Position numbers and translations under genes: made by a program. The notes beneath the pieces were generated by a model. The model searched no databases and was not told the origin of the DNA. It was given only the letters and a program-made list of their open reading frames with translations. DNA of 64,000 nucleotides from Balanoglossus misakiensis (taxonomy: Eukaryota; Animalia; Hemichordata): assembly GCA_040954595.2 (NCBI GenBank), contig CM082591.2, positions 1,337,645 to 1,401,644 on the forward strand, written 5' to 3'. Of the stretch, positions 37,690 through 49,033 are shown in pieces. Within the stretch, counting starts at the first letter, position 1. Every line of letters starts with the position of its first letter.

Positions 37690-39712
37690 GTTATGTCAAT
37701 GATTGGTGTAACTTTCAAATTCTGAGGCATATAGCGTTGTTACTATTGCAGCAAAGGCGCTTCCATCCCCTGTTGTGGTCGTGCAACTTAACCGGAACCA
37801 CAGTCGCACCAAGTAAAACGAACAATTGGTTAGGCTGCGGTTTTTGTATGACTCGTTGGAAACTCCCATCGGCGATGATTGATTTATAGATGGGTTGGCC
37901 CATATCACCACTGAGGGAAGGTAGGCCAACAGGGTGGTACATAGTGCGATGGTTCCCGTTTGACGAAATTCGCAAACCAGTTGACAAAAGTTGGTCAACA
38001 ATCGTTAAGAAAGATACTTTTTTTCTTTCAACGCGAACTGTCATCACAAAACAAAGCATCACGACAAAACGTGGCCACCCCCTCTTGTCGAATTGGAATG
38101 TCCAAACACTCTACAATCGACCGAGCAACTAAAAGGGGAACTGTGAATGTTTGTAATTTTTAAATATAACTCCCCGAGGGTCGGAGTCACGACGGTTACT
38201 TTGGTGAATGATGTCATTCTCCCCCAAAATTTTCAGCTACTATTTATGAACAAATTAGTCAGGATATAATGAGAATCAGACACAGACGCCATCATTGGAC
38301 ATACCCATGTCCACAATTGGCCAAAATCACCTGGCCAATACACGTGGTGTCCCAGGTCGGCCATGGCCAATGTCATGACCACAGCCAATGTCATGACAAC
38401 GGCCGGACAATTTGGTATGGTGACTTGGACATGTCTCAAATAAGCTCCTGGGGGTAGATACATTAATCTGTATGTGCCTGTATCCACATGTAGTATACCT
38501 TTGAGTCCGTACCCGACCGAGAGTCGGTCTGGAAAGAATTGTATGTCTAAAATAAACAACATGTGTCTTTCCTGCCAGCTTTCTGTCAAGAAGAGCAGGA
38601 TATACATTGTTCTTGACTGTAAAGCAACCTTGTTGGATGTCTGTTGTTGTTCCGCTCCTGTCTGCACACTACGACAGTTACGGGTTATTACATCATGTTG
38701 CATATCGAATTGTATTGTGTCTGCACTGTCGTGTCGAGTCAACACGCTGAGCATGAGACAAGATTAACAAGATGGCTTTGACTGAGACTGGACTACGTAT
38801 TTGGCATGAAAACATGTTTTCGCGCAACTCAACTCGTAGGGATATTGATTACTGCCCATTTAGATTAAAAATCGTACATTTTCGTAGCAACCCACTAATG
38901 GTCCATTGTGTTGTTTTGATAACGGTGATCAAAGTTCTACTAAGAGTTTTAGTGTGCAGTTTTGTATACACAGGATGCGAAAACATCTTGAGGGGATTAC
39001 AGTTTGCGCATGCGTAACTTGATATAGCAACTGTGTCGTGTGGGACCCATATGCGCAACCGCATTCCAATAAAACACCCAACTACACACAAAACTTTAAC
39101 ACGCGTGTTATAGTGCAAGTTTTATTCATTTTCTATCAAATATAAGGAACTCGTTTTTTAAAGTACACTGACCTTTAAAAACTTTTAAAACTATTTGTTA
39201 AATCGATGACTTAAGGTTTTCAGCATAAAACACAAACTTGTAAATCTCCACTGAGCATTTCATAAACTCTTTTGTATAAAAATACAAGTATATCAAACAA
39301 AAACATATAAGCACATGGTTATTGTAATGATAGTAATCATGCGTTTGCTTTTATAAAAATAGACATTTAAACAACATGGGTTAAAGTAATTTCTAGAGTT
39401 TCTGAGAACTCAGTAGCTTGGACTCAAAATGAAACGTAAACAATATGCTGTTATTTGCAAAATTGACAAATAAAAAGAATTCAAAATCATCGTATGCAGA
39501 CGACAATCTGATCGTCTGTACGGAAGTTTAAAACATGATTATAAATGTCACCCTAAAACATGTCTTTGTGGTCGACATATTGCTGTGATTTGCACGTTGG
39601 TTAAAATTCGGACGGATTTACATGTCTGTATAAAAAGGAAAAAAGCATAACGATTTGGATTTTGGAGATGCGAAATAAATGTTCCGGTGAATATAAAGCA
39701 CATTTGATTCTC

Positions 39713-42700
39713 CTAATCACCGACTCGGTACATTCCCATGAACGTCGAATGTTCGTTGCTCTCAATTCTTATTTTGTCGTGCGCCAGGAAAACCTTCATG
39801 TAGATTTTATCGCCGCTCCTCAGCCTAAATAATCCTGAATGATAATTGCTGTAGTAGCTATCGGTACCAACTGTATTCACCCCACTTCGTCCACTCTTTA
39901 ATAGGTCAGTGTGTTTTCCTGCGTATCCGTTAGTGTCTGTTGGCAAGAAGATGGTTCAACGTTATTTTGTAATTGGAAGGGGATTAAAAGAAAAGGGGTT
40001 GGCGGTTTTTATTAGGTTATCTAGTATCGGTTGTTTCGCTAGGTGTTACTGTGAAAACCAATTTATTATTAATAAATACAAACTCTGTTGGGCTCACCAA
40101 CCCGTGAAGTACTCAGTCATACTTACCACGAACTGTAAAGTGTAAATATTCACCAGGTATTGACTCATTTCTTTCATTTTCACTTCTCTGATCGCGTAAG
40201 TAAATCTGAAGATGAACAAATGTATACAGACGCAATTTACACTAATTGTTTAGCCTATACGGGTCTTGAATTACACCATAAGCCAGGCACTAAATATCTG
40301 CCAATAAAATTACTACACATTCTTCTTGGTTCATTCTGTTTCATGACGTACCTGCGAGTAGATATGATAGACGCCACTCTGAACAACAACCAGATGGTGA
40401 TTGTCTATCGTCACGTGACGACTAAATGATTGTCCACTCTGATATTCCCAGGGCCCAACTTTGAACATGTTAGTGTTTCCAATCTTCTTGTCTGGATGAA
40501 GAAAACAACTTAAAAAAAATTAGTAAAACGAAAGAAAGACACAAGAGATGCGGCTTTTCACCGTGAGATGAGGTTTTCATTTTGTGAATGTCCGGTTTAT
40601 TTTTTTGCTTATTTCTGGTCTGTAATTTTACATCGTTTTCTTGCTTTTCAGTCAAACATAACTTTCGCTTTGATATGAATATGTTTTATTTGTCATTTTT
40701 AACGGACTAATTTCTCAGAAACAATAATGGCTCGATATCCAAATATGGTATGCGTTTGATAACGAAATTTTAAGTACATGTGCTATTTTTAAGTTCTTTC
40801 GGACAATCGAAAGTGGGTGGATCAAAATTCTCACGAAAAGTGCGACTGCTGCAAAGTGAAAATGAAACGAAGATTTTTATCCTTAATAGTGTCTGGTATA
40901 TCTCTTACCTCTTGTAAATCCTTGTTTTCGGCCAGTGACGTGTGCTGCTACAACTCTGCTCCAAGGTGACACTGCAGGTGACCTTGATGCTCCAAGACTT
41001 GTCTGGTTTCTGTTTATAATGTTCTGTATCATTCGTTCAATCGTCCCTTCTGTTACTACTTGACCTGTTAAATCATGTCAACATTGACATTTACTCAAAA
41101 CGCCCCATAAAATGTCAAGTTTTGATTTGTATCCGTCTTTCTTAAGAACAATCACGTTCTTCAAGAAATTCGAACTTACAAGCAACTCATATACAGTCAA
41201 ACCTGTATATAATTGCCATGCAAGGGACTTTCCTAAAGTGGCCTTTATAGACAGGTGGCCTTTATAGACAGTTCAATTAATGCACACGTTAACTGCACAA
41301 TCTTACCTGGTCTCCAGTTGCGGTTCCCTGTCGGACGATATTCCCTTTCAACAGCACGGCTGACAACCTGTGTAAAACAAAGCATATAGGTGTCAGAAAA
41401 AGAATCGCCACAATTTTTGGACGAATTGTAGGGTTTTCAGATATGATTAAACTTTGACTAATGCTTGTCTTTGCGGCATGCACTTGTTTTGTATATTATC
41501 GAGAATAACTAATTTTCACTTCGGGCACATTGATTAGACACCTCTCTCGTGCTTTTGTTTAAACGTGTTGTTAAATTTGCATTTTCATTTTGTCAAGTAA
41601 CTTGGAGCTGGTCGTCTGGTCTCCGAATGTTTGACTTTTCTGTTTACAAAAGTTACACACTATCGACATTCGCTGTTCAAGTAAATATTAATACGCACGG
41701 TGATAAAAGAGTTTGCTAGTTTCGTTTTATATGCAAACATTTGCAAAGACTTTGCATCATTTTCTACTCCTTCCTAACTATTTGCCTCTTTCATTGAAAT
41801 TTCAGATTTTGGGGAAAAAAAGGGTTACCACCCAGCCTATATCGAAGAAATGTAAGGTATGATTTCCGTTTTAAAGTCACCTAAGTGTTTTTTTTTTCTG
41901 GGCAACAAAAAATTGTGTTTATTTACAAAGATTAGTATCATTCGCCTACAAAGACAATATGCTCGCGGTAAATTGAATGGGTTGTATCTTTACATAAGTA
42001 GGTTGTTAGGCTACCTTGTGTTATGTTGTTATGGGGCTGCTGGTATCAACTATAGAATACATGTATTATGATGGACTATAGACTATAGACTTGGCGTGAA
42101 TTCAATATTGCGCCATACTAGGGCACATAAACACTCGTAGCTGATACTTGACGGGCGAACAATGGGCAATGGAGTGCGGGAAAACCCAACAATAATTTCT
42201 TTATATATCAGAAACGAGGGTATGACCCCTTTATCTGCGGATACCACATTGTCCGGCACCGTACTGCACAAAGTCCAACTAGACATGCAGGCAAGGCTTT
42301 GCACGTCGCGCAACAAACCAGTTTGATTATCACCCCTGGTATTTTTTTTTACTAAAGGTGAAAGTTCGGCTACGACAATTGACTTGGTTCGCGAAGCATG
42401 GCCAAGTCACACTGATGGCGCGCGTAGAATTAGTGTTCTTTGACTTCGTTTTTTTTCTTCGTTTGCAATACAATTGTATGTTATTTTTTAACATTTCAGA
42501 ATGGTAGTTCGTTCAGTTTGATTTTAGTTTTCATTGACTATTTTGACTTTAGCTTTGAACTTTCGTTCCTTGTGAGAAGGAAGTAAATTGCGGCAAAATC
42601 TCAATTATCACATCAGAGAGAGAGAGCGGTTGTCGGTGAAAAGAACGTAGAAAATCCAACCTCTTGGAGAGTTTCAGAATCCGCGGCACAGCACTTCAAC

Positions 42701-43065
42701 AGGCCTGTCGTATCTTGGACACTTTGACCAGGACAGATGCAATTGTTCTGTTGCGGGTTAGCTAATTTTGATTGTGCAGTAGGTCCGGCAAAAGTTTCCT
42801 GCGTGTCGTGCTGTTTGTCCCTAAGGTGCTGGATAGACATCTCCAGTCGGGAGACTTCATTCTGGAAACTGAGCACGACTATTCCAATAACTAGTGGGTA
42901 GATAAGCAGTATAACGACGGCTTGAACGGAAAGTACCACAACGACAGTGATGGAGAAACTGCATCCCTGCTTAGTGCTTTTCGTTCGGCATTGTTCGCAG
43001 TCGTTCCGAGTCAAGCCGAAGCTTTCCGTGCTGGAGTCCCTGGGCACCTGGGGTGATTCTTCCAT
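39713..43065 (-). CDS. TNF-superfamily ligand 3 (TRAIL-like), closest paralogue of ligand 2
   Basis: Exons 43065-42661, ~41366-41308, ~41064-40909, ~40491-40352, ~40216-40126, ~39936-39713. AAHVTG, VGPWEYQSGQSF, YSNYHSGLFRLRSGDKIYM, STFMGMYRV. Exon 1 shares RDxSTxSFGL and VVVVLxVQ...FQxExSRLEMSIQH with ligand 2. Confidence 0.9.
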
Positions 43066-43518
43066 GGTCGAAGCGTGTTTTCAGCACAACGGGTGTGAAG
43101 GCAGCAAAACAGGCAGTCGTTTAGACATACTTGCGCGCAGAGGAACCGCAACGGGACCGGGTATACAATCTACAGGAACAGTCATATGCTATTGTTGCTT
43201 CCTTCTCAGGAGTACCCCAAAACTTCACAAGTAAATTTAAATAATGAATATTCATGATTGCGCGGAACGGCGACCAGTTACCAAGAAAGCTCGTTGGTGT
43301 GTAGTTCGTTGTTACAATTAATGTCATATGGAATTGGCCGTGAATTAATGAAGTTTATAGTTTCATGGACCCGAGATATGTTTTTTTTTTGTTCAGTTTG
43401 TTTTGGATGGATTTCTATACCGAAAAAATGCAATCGCACGAGAAAGCTTCCTTATTGTTTAACCTGCAAACCCCTAATTTCATATGGAATGGTCCAACCA
43501 TAAAATACGGTGTTAGCC

Positions 43519-43598
43519 GGGGTCTTTCCGTGAAGTAAGAAGTGTACGGTGAATTCGTATTCACTAAAGTTACCCCGGCCAATATAGGGAGAAACCCC
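43519..43598. promoter_or_regulatory. Two kB-like sites upstream of TNF ligand 3
   Basis: GGGGTCTTTCC (43519-43529) and GGGAGAAACCCC (43587-43598). TNF2 has GGAAACTCCC at 37858-37867. Motif matches only. Confidence 0.35.
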
Positions 43599-44889
43599 AG
43601 TACTCCGAATTATATTTTTATCCCAGACTGTGGTGATATCTGGTAATCGTTGAGACAGAGCTACATTAGGAGTTTTGACTAAACAGATCCATGCAAGGCC
43701 CTCGGTCGTGTTTTATGGATCACGTTCCTACGATTTATAAAGTGTTTGTGTGGGTATGATTTATCGCATAGTGGAATTCAAGTAGAACCCTAGATCACTT
43801 CATAGTAACGATCGCATCAACACAACCTATATTATATAGTCAGCATTGTTATTGTGCAATTTTTAATTCAAGTCCGGACTGCAATTTATTTGTCAACAAT
43901 AACAACGGTCGTTACACACACGCATGCTATATATTGACAAGTGGACGCCACATCCTCGGACCGCGGTCACTTTGTAGAGGGAGTGACCGTGCCCTTTCAC
44001 GACCGCAAACAATGTTTGTGTCGCGGAAAAAATATGCCTGACTTGTCGGCGAAGGTGCCTTGATAGTGATTCTGCAAGGGACACATGTGAAGTCATTCCT
44101 GGTGTGAATTGGCTGACATACTTTGTGACTGGAATCTGCCACAGGGCCATTACGGCTTGACAAACTATCACTGCCTATACAATGGCGGCCGCCGCGGCGC
44201 GTGTGTATAAATGAACGAGACAATGAAGACAACACTTTACACGTTGATCAAACACCTGTAAATTGTTTACAGGGTGGACATCACATGGTCGTATGACAAT
44301 GCAGGGCGCAACACGTGTCGATGTTTTGTCTTCCTTTGTTTCGCGTTGTTCTTTTCCATCGCTTTGTGGCAAAAAATGGTGTTGCTGTCAACAGATACAG
44401 ATCTGAGATCGACAAGTCGTCGGAGACTGAAATCACAAAAGACAAAAGTGCCGCTAGCACTGTTCCACTTGCCCATGTGCACAGTCTCAAGTCAATAATA
44501 TTTACTAAATGAAAAATACACGAGATTGCGATCGTGTTTTTTTTCGCGATTTATGCAACGCAATACAGTGACCGTGTTATATAGGGTTTTACTTTCAGTA
44601 ATGTTTGACCCGGATTGACTGTTTTTTCGGAGAGAATATGAAAGAAGAAACCGTGTCCAGTGCAAGTGTCCTTGGGATTTTGTTTTGTCTCATAGACACA
44701 GGACTATGTCACCGAGATGGTTCTGAGGGTCATCAAATCTTGATAGTGTATTTTTCAATCGAAGCACGCATGCTAGCGAATCTTCCATCCAAATCAGTGA
44801 TACATTTATTGTTCTATTGTCACGTAAATGACGCGGTTTTGTGATCTTTCAACACGTCGGCGGCGCACGTATTGTGATTGGCCACCTGT

Positions 44890-44945
44890 TGTCCAATCAG
44901 CTCCATCCGAAAAGGAATGACGTAACAATTAGCAAATATAAGGCA
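44890..44945 (+). promoter_or_regulatory. Core promoter of gene C: CCAATCAG - ATGACGTAAC (ATF/CRE-like) - TATAAG
   Basis: The same three motifs recur in the same order and with similar spacing at 48918-48970 upstream of paralogue gene D. Confidence 0.6.
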
Positions 44946-45005
44946 TTCGCGTTACACGTTATGACACAGAATTTTTTTGGCAACTTCTTAAAGCAAGATT
45001 TCAAG

Positions 45006-47087
45006 ATGTTTACATCCTTCGACATTGATACAGTGATCCGCGGACCCAGGCGACGCCTTCGGGTGCGGAGGAGAGGCAAACGCGGTGAGTACACATTAGT
45101 TTTCTAAGATCCTTCAACTTATCGATCGCTCAGAACTTTCTATCGTTGAATTCTGTCTCCGTGAAACTGTTGGGCAGAGATCTGTTATTGTATGTTGACG
45201 CTGGCACGTCCTGTGAGAGAAAATGCGCATGTGTTTTCACCAAAACGTATATTTTACTTCCATCGAGAATTATCACAACTTTTTTGTGAATCTACAAACT
45301 GTCCAAAGACTAATTTTTTCTGTGTTTATTCTTGCAGTGGGATCAATCAAAAAGACGCTGAATTTTCTCAGCGGCAGTGAGGCTGAGATAGAAGATGTGA
45401 GCACGAGCGATCAGTCTGTTCACGGCGACAACGGCAGAAGTCCGCTCTGCAGCGGCGGCAAGCCGACCGTGAACGCTGTGTCCACAGCACCGAGACGGAA
45501 GCGGCCACTGCGACCATGGGCGGTCATGTTGCGGCGAAGAGTGGTGAGTTGTATTTCTCATGTTGACATTTTCTGCTGAGGGAGGACTTTGTTGGATGTC
45601 TCGTATACCTAAAAGAGCATGTATTAAACTCAAGGACGGGGGATATTAGTTCTACGTGAATCACATTCATTTTATCAAAGTTGCTAAAAAGTGACTGCTT
45701 GCTGATGATGTCGAATCCCAGGATTTGGATTTTCTCCTGGTCTAAGTCTAAGTCAGAAACCTGCAGTGTCTAGTTTGCTCATTCTTCCATTTTTATTGAA
45801 GACTCTGTTCTTATTATTATTACAGGAGAAACGAAAGAGATTGCTGACGGACAGCGATGAAGAGGAACTACCGGTCCCCGTCAGGCGACGTAGGCATCGC
45901 CGGGCAGTTTCCCCGGACGAACCGAGCACCCCCGAAGCGCAAGTCTCGCCAGCAGGGGCAATGGCGCCCCCAAACTGCCCTTACCAACAGGAGCAGGTGT
46001 ATGCGCACTTAGAAAGCATGTCCTCTGACGTCGAAAAGATACAGAGAGACGGGGGACAACTCTTAGAGTACATAGCCTTCGCTAGACAAGCGATGTTGTC
46101 AAACGACGAGTCCGATCAACAGAGAGACTTCTACAGGCAAGCGTACGCCAAGTTGCAGGAATATGAAGATGTCATTCATAGATTTATGATCAGTCCATTT
46201 AACATCTGGCACGGTCAGCTTGAATGGAAACAGGTAAACCATGTTTGCTTTTTTGTTGTTTTTTTCTCCTCTCTTCTGTGCAGTCTTCTGATTCAAGGTA
46301 TCATAGCAGAGTCCTGAACCAATTCATTAACCACCCTCTCCTATTTATCTGAATGTTTACAGGCTTGGGACAATTCGCCACACACATCCTTATTATCCAT
46401 ATATTGCCGTATGGACGGAACCATGGAAGATCTGCCCAAGTTCGTCCATTTACGCCGATTTTCCAGACACAGGCTATATCTCTTCCCACTAGAGATTATG
46501 GTAAGTTTGATCTCTCTCTTCCTCCCCGCTCGCCATTTCTCTCTCTCTCTCTCTCTCTCTGCACCCGTACTTATCAGTTTAACTTCATTTTCTCTGTAGG
46601 CCAAGTTAGAAGACTGTTTCCAAGGCGACAGACCTGTACACTGTTGGTTCTCTTCAAGTGATATGCTTGCACACCATTACTTATCAAGGGCGCTTACAAC
46701 AGACTACGTGAGTATAATCGAACTTTCATCCTGTATTTTGACAATCACGAATTCTAACTAAAGATATGAAGGTTAATCTCTGTGTTGACAAACTCATTGA
46801 TCAATTTCCCGATACATTCAGTTAGTACAATCCAATGGCGTTGATATTTCGTAGTAATGACATCTCCCGGTCTGTGACGATCAATTAACAAATTTGTCTT
46901 TTGATCCTTCCAGGCTGGTCTCATACGTGTCGAAACTGCCAGTGAACCCAACGAGTCGAAAATAGTGGTTTTACAGTACGAACGAAACTCTCAGCGATTG
47001 GACGCGCTGGTTCCCCGGAGCGACGAAGAGTTCGACCGACGGTTCACACGCCTGGCCGTAGAGTACTTGGACTTCGATGAGTTGTAA
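45006..47087 (+). CDS. Gene C: divergent stand-alone MED25/PTOV (ACID) domain protein with basic, NLS-rich N-terminus
   Basis: Exons 45006-45084, 45338-45543, 45826-46233, 46363-46500, 46600-46707 and 46914-47087 are in phase. The C-terminus IWHGQLEWKQ...RLYLFPLEIMAKLEDCFQGDRPVHCWF...LSRALTTDYAGLIRV...SKIVVLQYERNSQRLDALVPRSDEEFDRRF parallels MED25 ACID (WSGVLEWQE...LIMQLIPQQLL..L..LF.NSRMVQFHF...FAGCVHF...VLMLLYSS....FMGLIP.DQ..F), recalled from memory. Confidence 0.72.
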
Positions 47088-47771
47088 CTCTGATATCAAA
47101 TCGAAGTTTGACCAACCGTATTGACCACAAATTCCATTTCCATAAGTTTAATGATTCCCAGTCGCCATCTTGTATTTTGCTAAAGTCAATAATTTTCTGT
47201 CTCAACATTCGATTACTTATTTAATGTCCTTATCTTTTTGAGTTATGTTATTTATTGTTATATTTTTTTAATAAAATTATACACTAAAAATTACATTCAA
47301 TTTGTCGGTGCTGTCGTTCTTGAAAGACGTTGACCCGTCTTTTAAACTTTGATATACTAAATCAATGCAAGTAAAAGTTTCTACAATCTTGGATTATCTT
47401 CCATGGCAGATACGTGGAGATAGACGGATTGGGCGGAAACTGAAAGGTCCAGTCGTTGGAGGGCGCGCTCTGTGACCTCTAACCTCTGGGAGGCTATGTA
47501 ATGCTTCCGGTGTCAGCGTTCTGTATTGCATTCACTGGTACACGTGCATGTAATTGTAATACACTCACACCACTGTCCTCACACGAGGAAAAAGCGGCTA
47601 ACTTACTGCCAACAACAAAAATACGCAGGTCAACTATAACAATGTCAGTGCGCCCACAGGGGCACGCGACATGACATGACAGAATCACTCATAGTGACGC
47701 AAAAGTAAATTTTATTGGGGTTAATCTCATTTAACAGACCTGTGGAAGTTATAGAGACATTACTCATGATC

Positions 47772-47867
47772 TAGCTGCAATGATTGTAGCGGGTGCTACA
47801 AGGTTGACTGGTGTGTTCGCAGGGCTGCGAACACACCATCAGTCAACCGCTACAATCATTGCAGCTA
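47772..47867. repeat. ~96-bp imperfect palindrome/hairpin
   Basis: TAGCTGCAATGATTGTAGCGG...TTGACTG.GTGTGTTCGCAG-gg-CTGCGAACACACC..CAGTCAACCGCTACAATCATTGCAGCTA. Confidence 0.8.
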
Positions 47868-48917
47868 CTCATGATCCAGCTATGAGTAGAGACAGGAAAG
47901 ACCCTAACTGTCGAGGCGAAAATCGAATGTTCATCGAACAGGATGTTGACCACCTGTTGATTGTCGAAGTGTGTAGCTGCCCAGTACATCAGAAAGGCGT
48001 GAAACGGGAAGTACTCCAAACGTTTGTCAAGTCACACGTGTGGCGGCTTGCTATTGATCACCTCACAGTCACGTGTCCACGATCTCCTGTACACCATGCG
48101 CATGCCCGAAGTGTTAACGTTTTCCATTGTCACCCAGGAAACGCTCCACATGTTCGCCAGTGCAGGCTTGTCATCTCTCCTACCTCAAGGGTCTGCCGCG
48201 TTCCGACGGACTTGTCAGACCATTCACACAAGAACGAGATCTCCCCAGGCTTCACGCTTATCACCCCCCCCATGCAAAGACATGCGACAATCATAAAGAA
48301 CTTGGACATGCATGTACACCTGTGTCGACTTGTACAAGTTAATCGAAACACAGGTGGCTTTCTTCCTCTCGTAAACGGTGATTTTCGTTTCTTATGCAAA
48401 TGCATATCCACGACGCCGAGTTTGAGTTTTGAGGAGTCTATGTAACTATTCGAGTTTGGTCACCGACCATCTACACACCATGGTTTCGTGTACTGAAAAC
48501 TCATATGCCAGTTGTACAAACCCCAGTGTATGTGAAATTCACAAATACAAGCATAGCGAGATTTATATTAAAATACATGTATAAAATGTATTGCAAACAA
48601 AGGGACGTGCGAAATTGCAAGACGTGTGTGACATATGATAACACAAGTTGGCCGACAGCTTGGTTTACTGAGAACGATATGTTTTTCTAAACCTCCGTGT
48701 CTCCCCCAGGAAAGTGCTCAAAACAAGTTGATGTTTTTCCAAACGAGCAAAAATCAAGTACATTTTCATTCCGATGCGACTGAGAATCTGTCACACATAT
48801 TTACCCAAGTGAGGCGGTAAACCAAGATGATCAAAGCGACCATGACAAGTGCGTGGTGATCGCTGCATTGTTATGCATATAGGGTAGTCTACAGATATCA
48901 TGATTGGGCCGTCATTT

Positions 48918-48970
48918 GACCAATCAGAGCTTTTTACAACGACATGACGTAACCGTCTGCTAATATAAGA
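48918..48970 (+). promoter_or_regulatory. Core promoter of gene D: CCAATCAG - ATGACGTAAC - TATAAG
   Basis: Conserved with the gene C promoter; ~65 bp upstream of ATG 49034. Confidence 0.6.
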
Positions 48971-49033
48971 GCCCGAAGGAAAGAGTGAATAACACAACTT
49001 TCGAAGCGAATTACTGAACACAAGTTTTCCGAG

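Noticed and set aside
38233-38767. 173-aa minus-strand ORF with short internal repeat (AVVMTLAVVMTLA)
   Set aside because: No recognisable domain or splice structure; likely intergenic or repeat-derived.
41193-41275. Canonical kB site GGGACTTTCC (41224-41233) in a TNF3 intron
   Set aside because: It lies inside what looks like a DNA-transposon end fragment (TACAGTCAAACCTGT...GTGGCCTTTATAGACAG x2), so it is probably incidental.
47780-48445. 221-aa plus-strand ORF as a real gene
   Set aside because: His/Arg/Val-rich composition typical of an antisense shadow and no recognisable motif; the opposite strand looks more protein-like but is interrupted.
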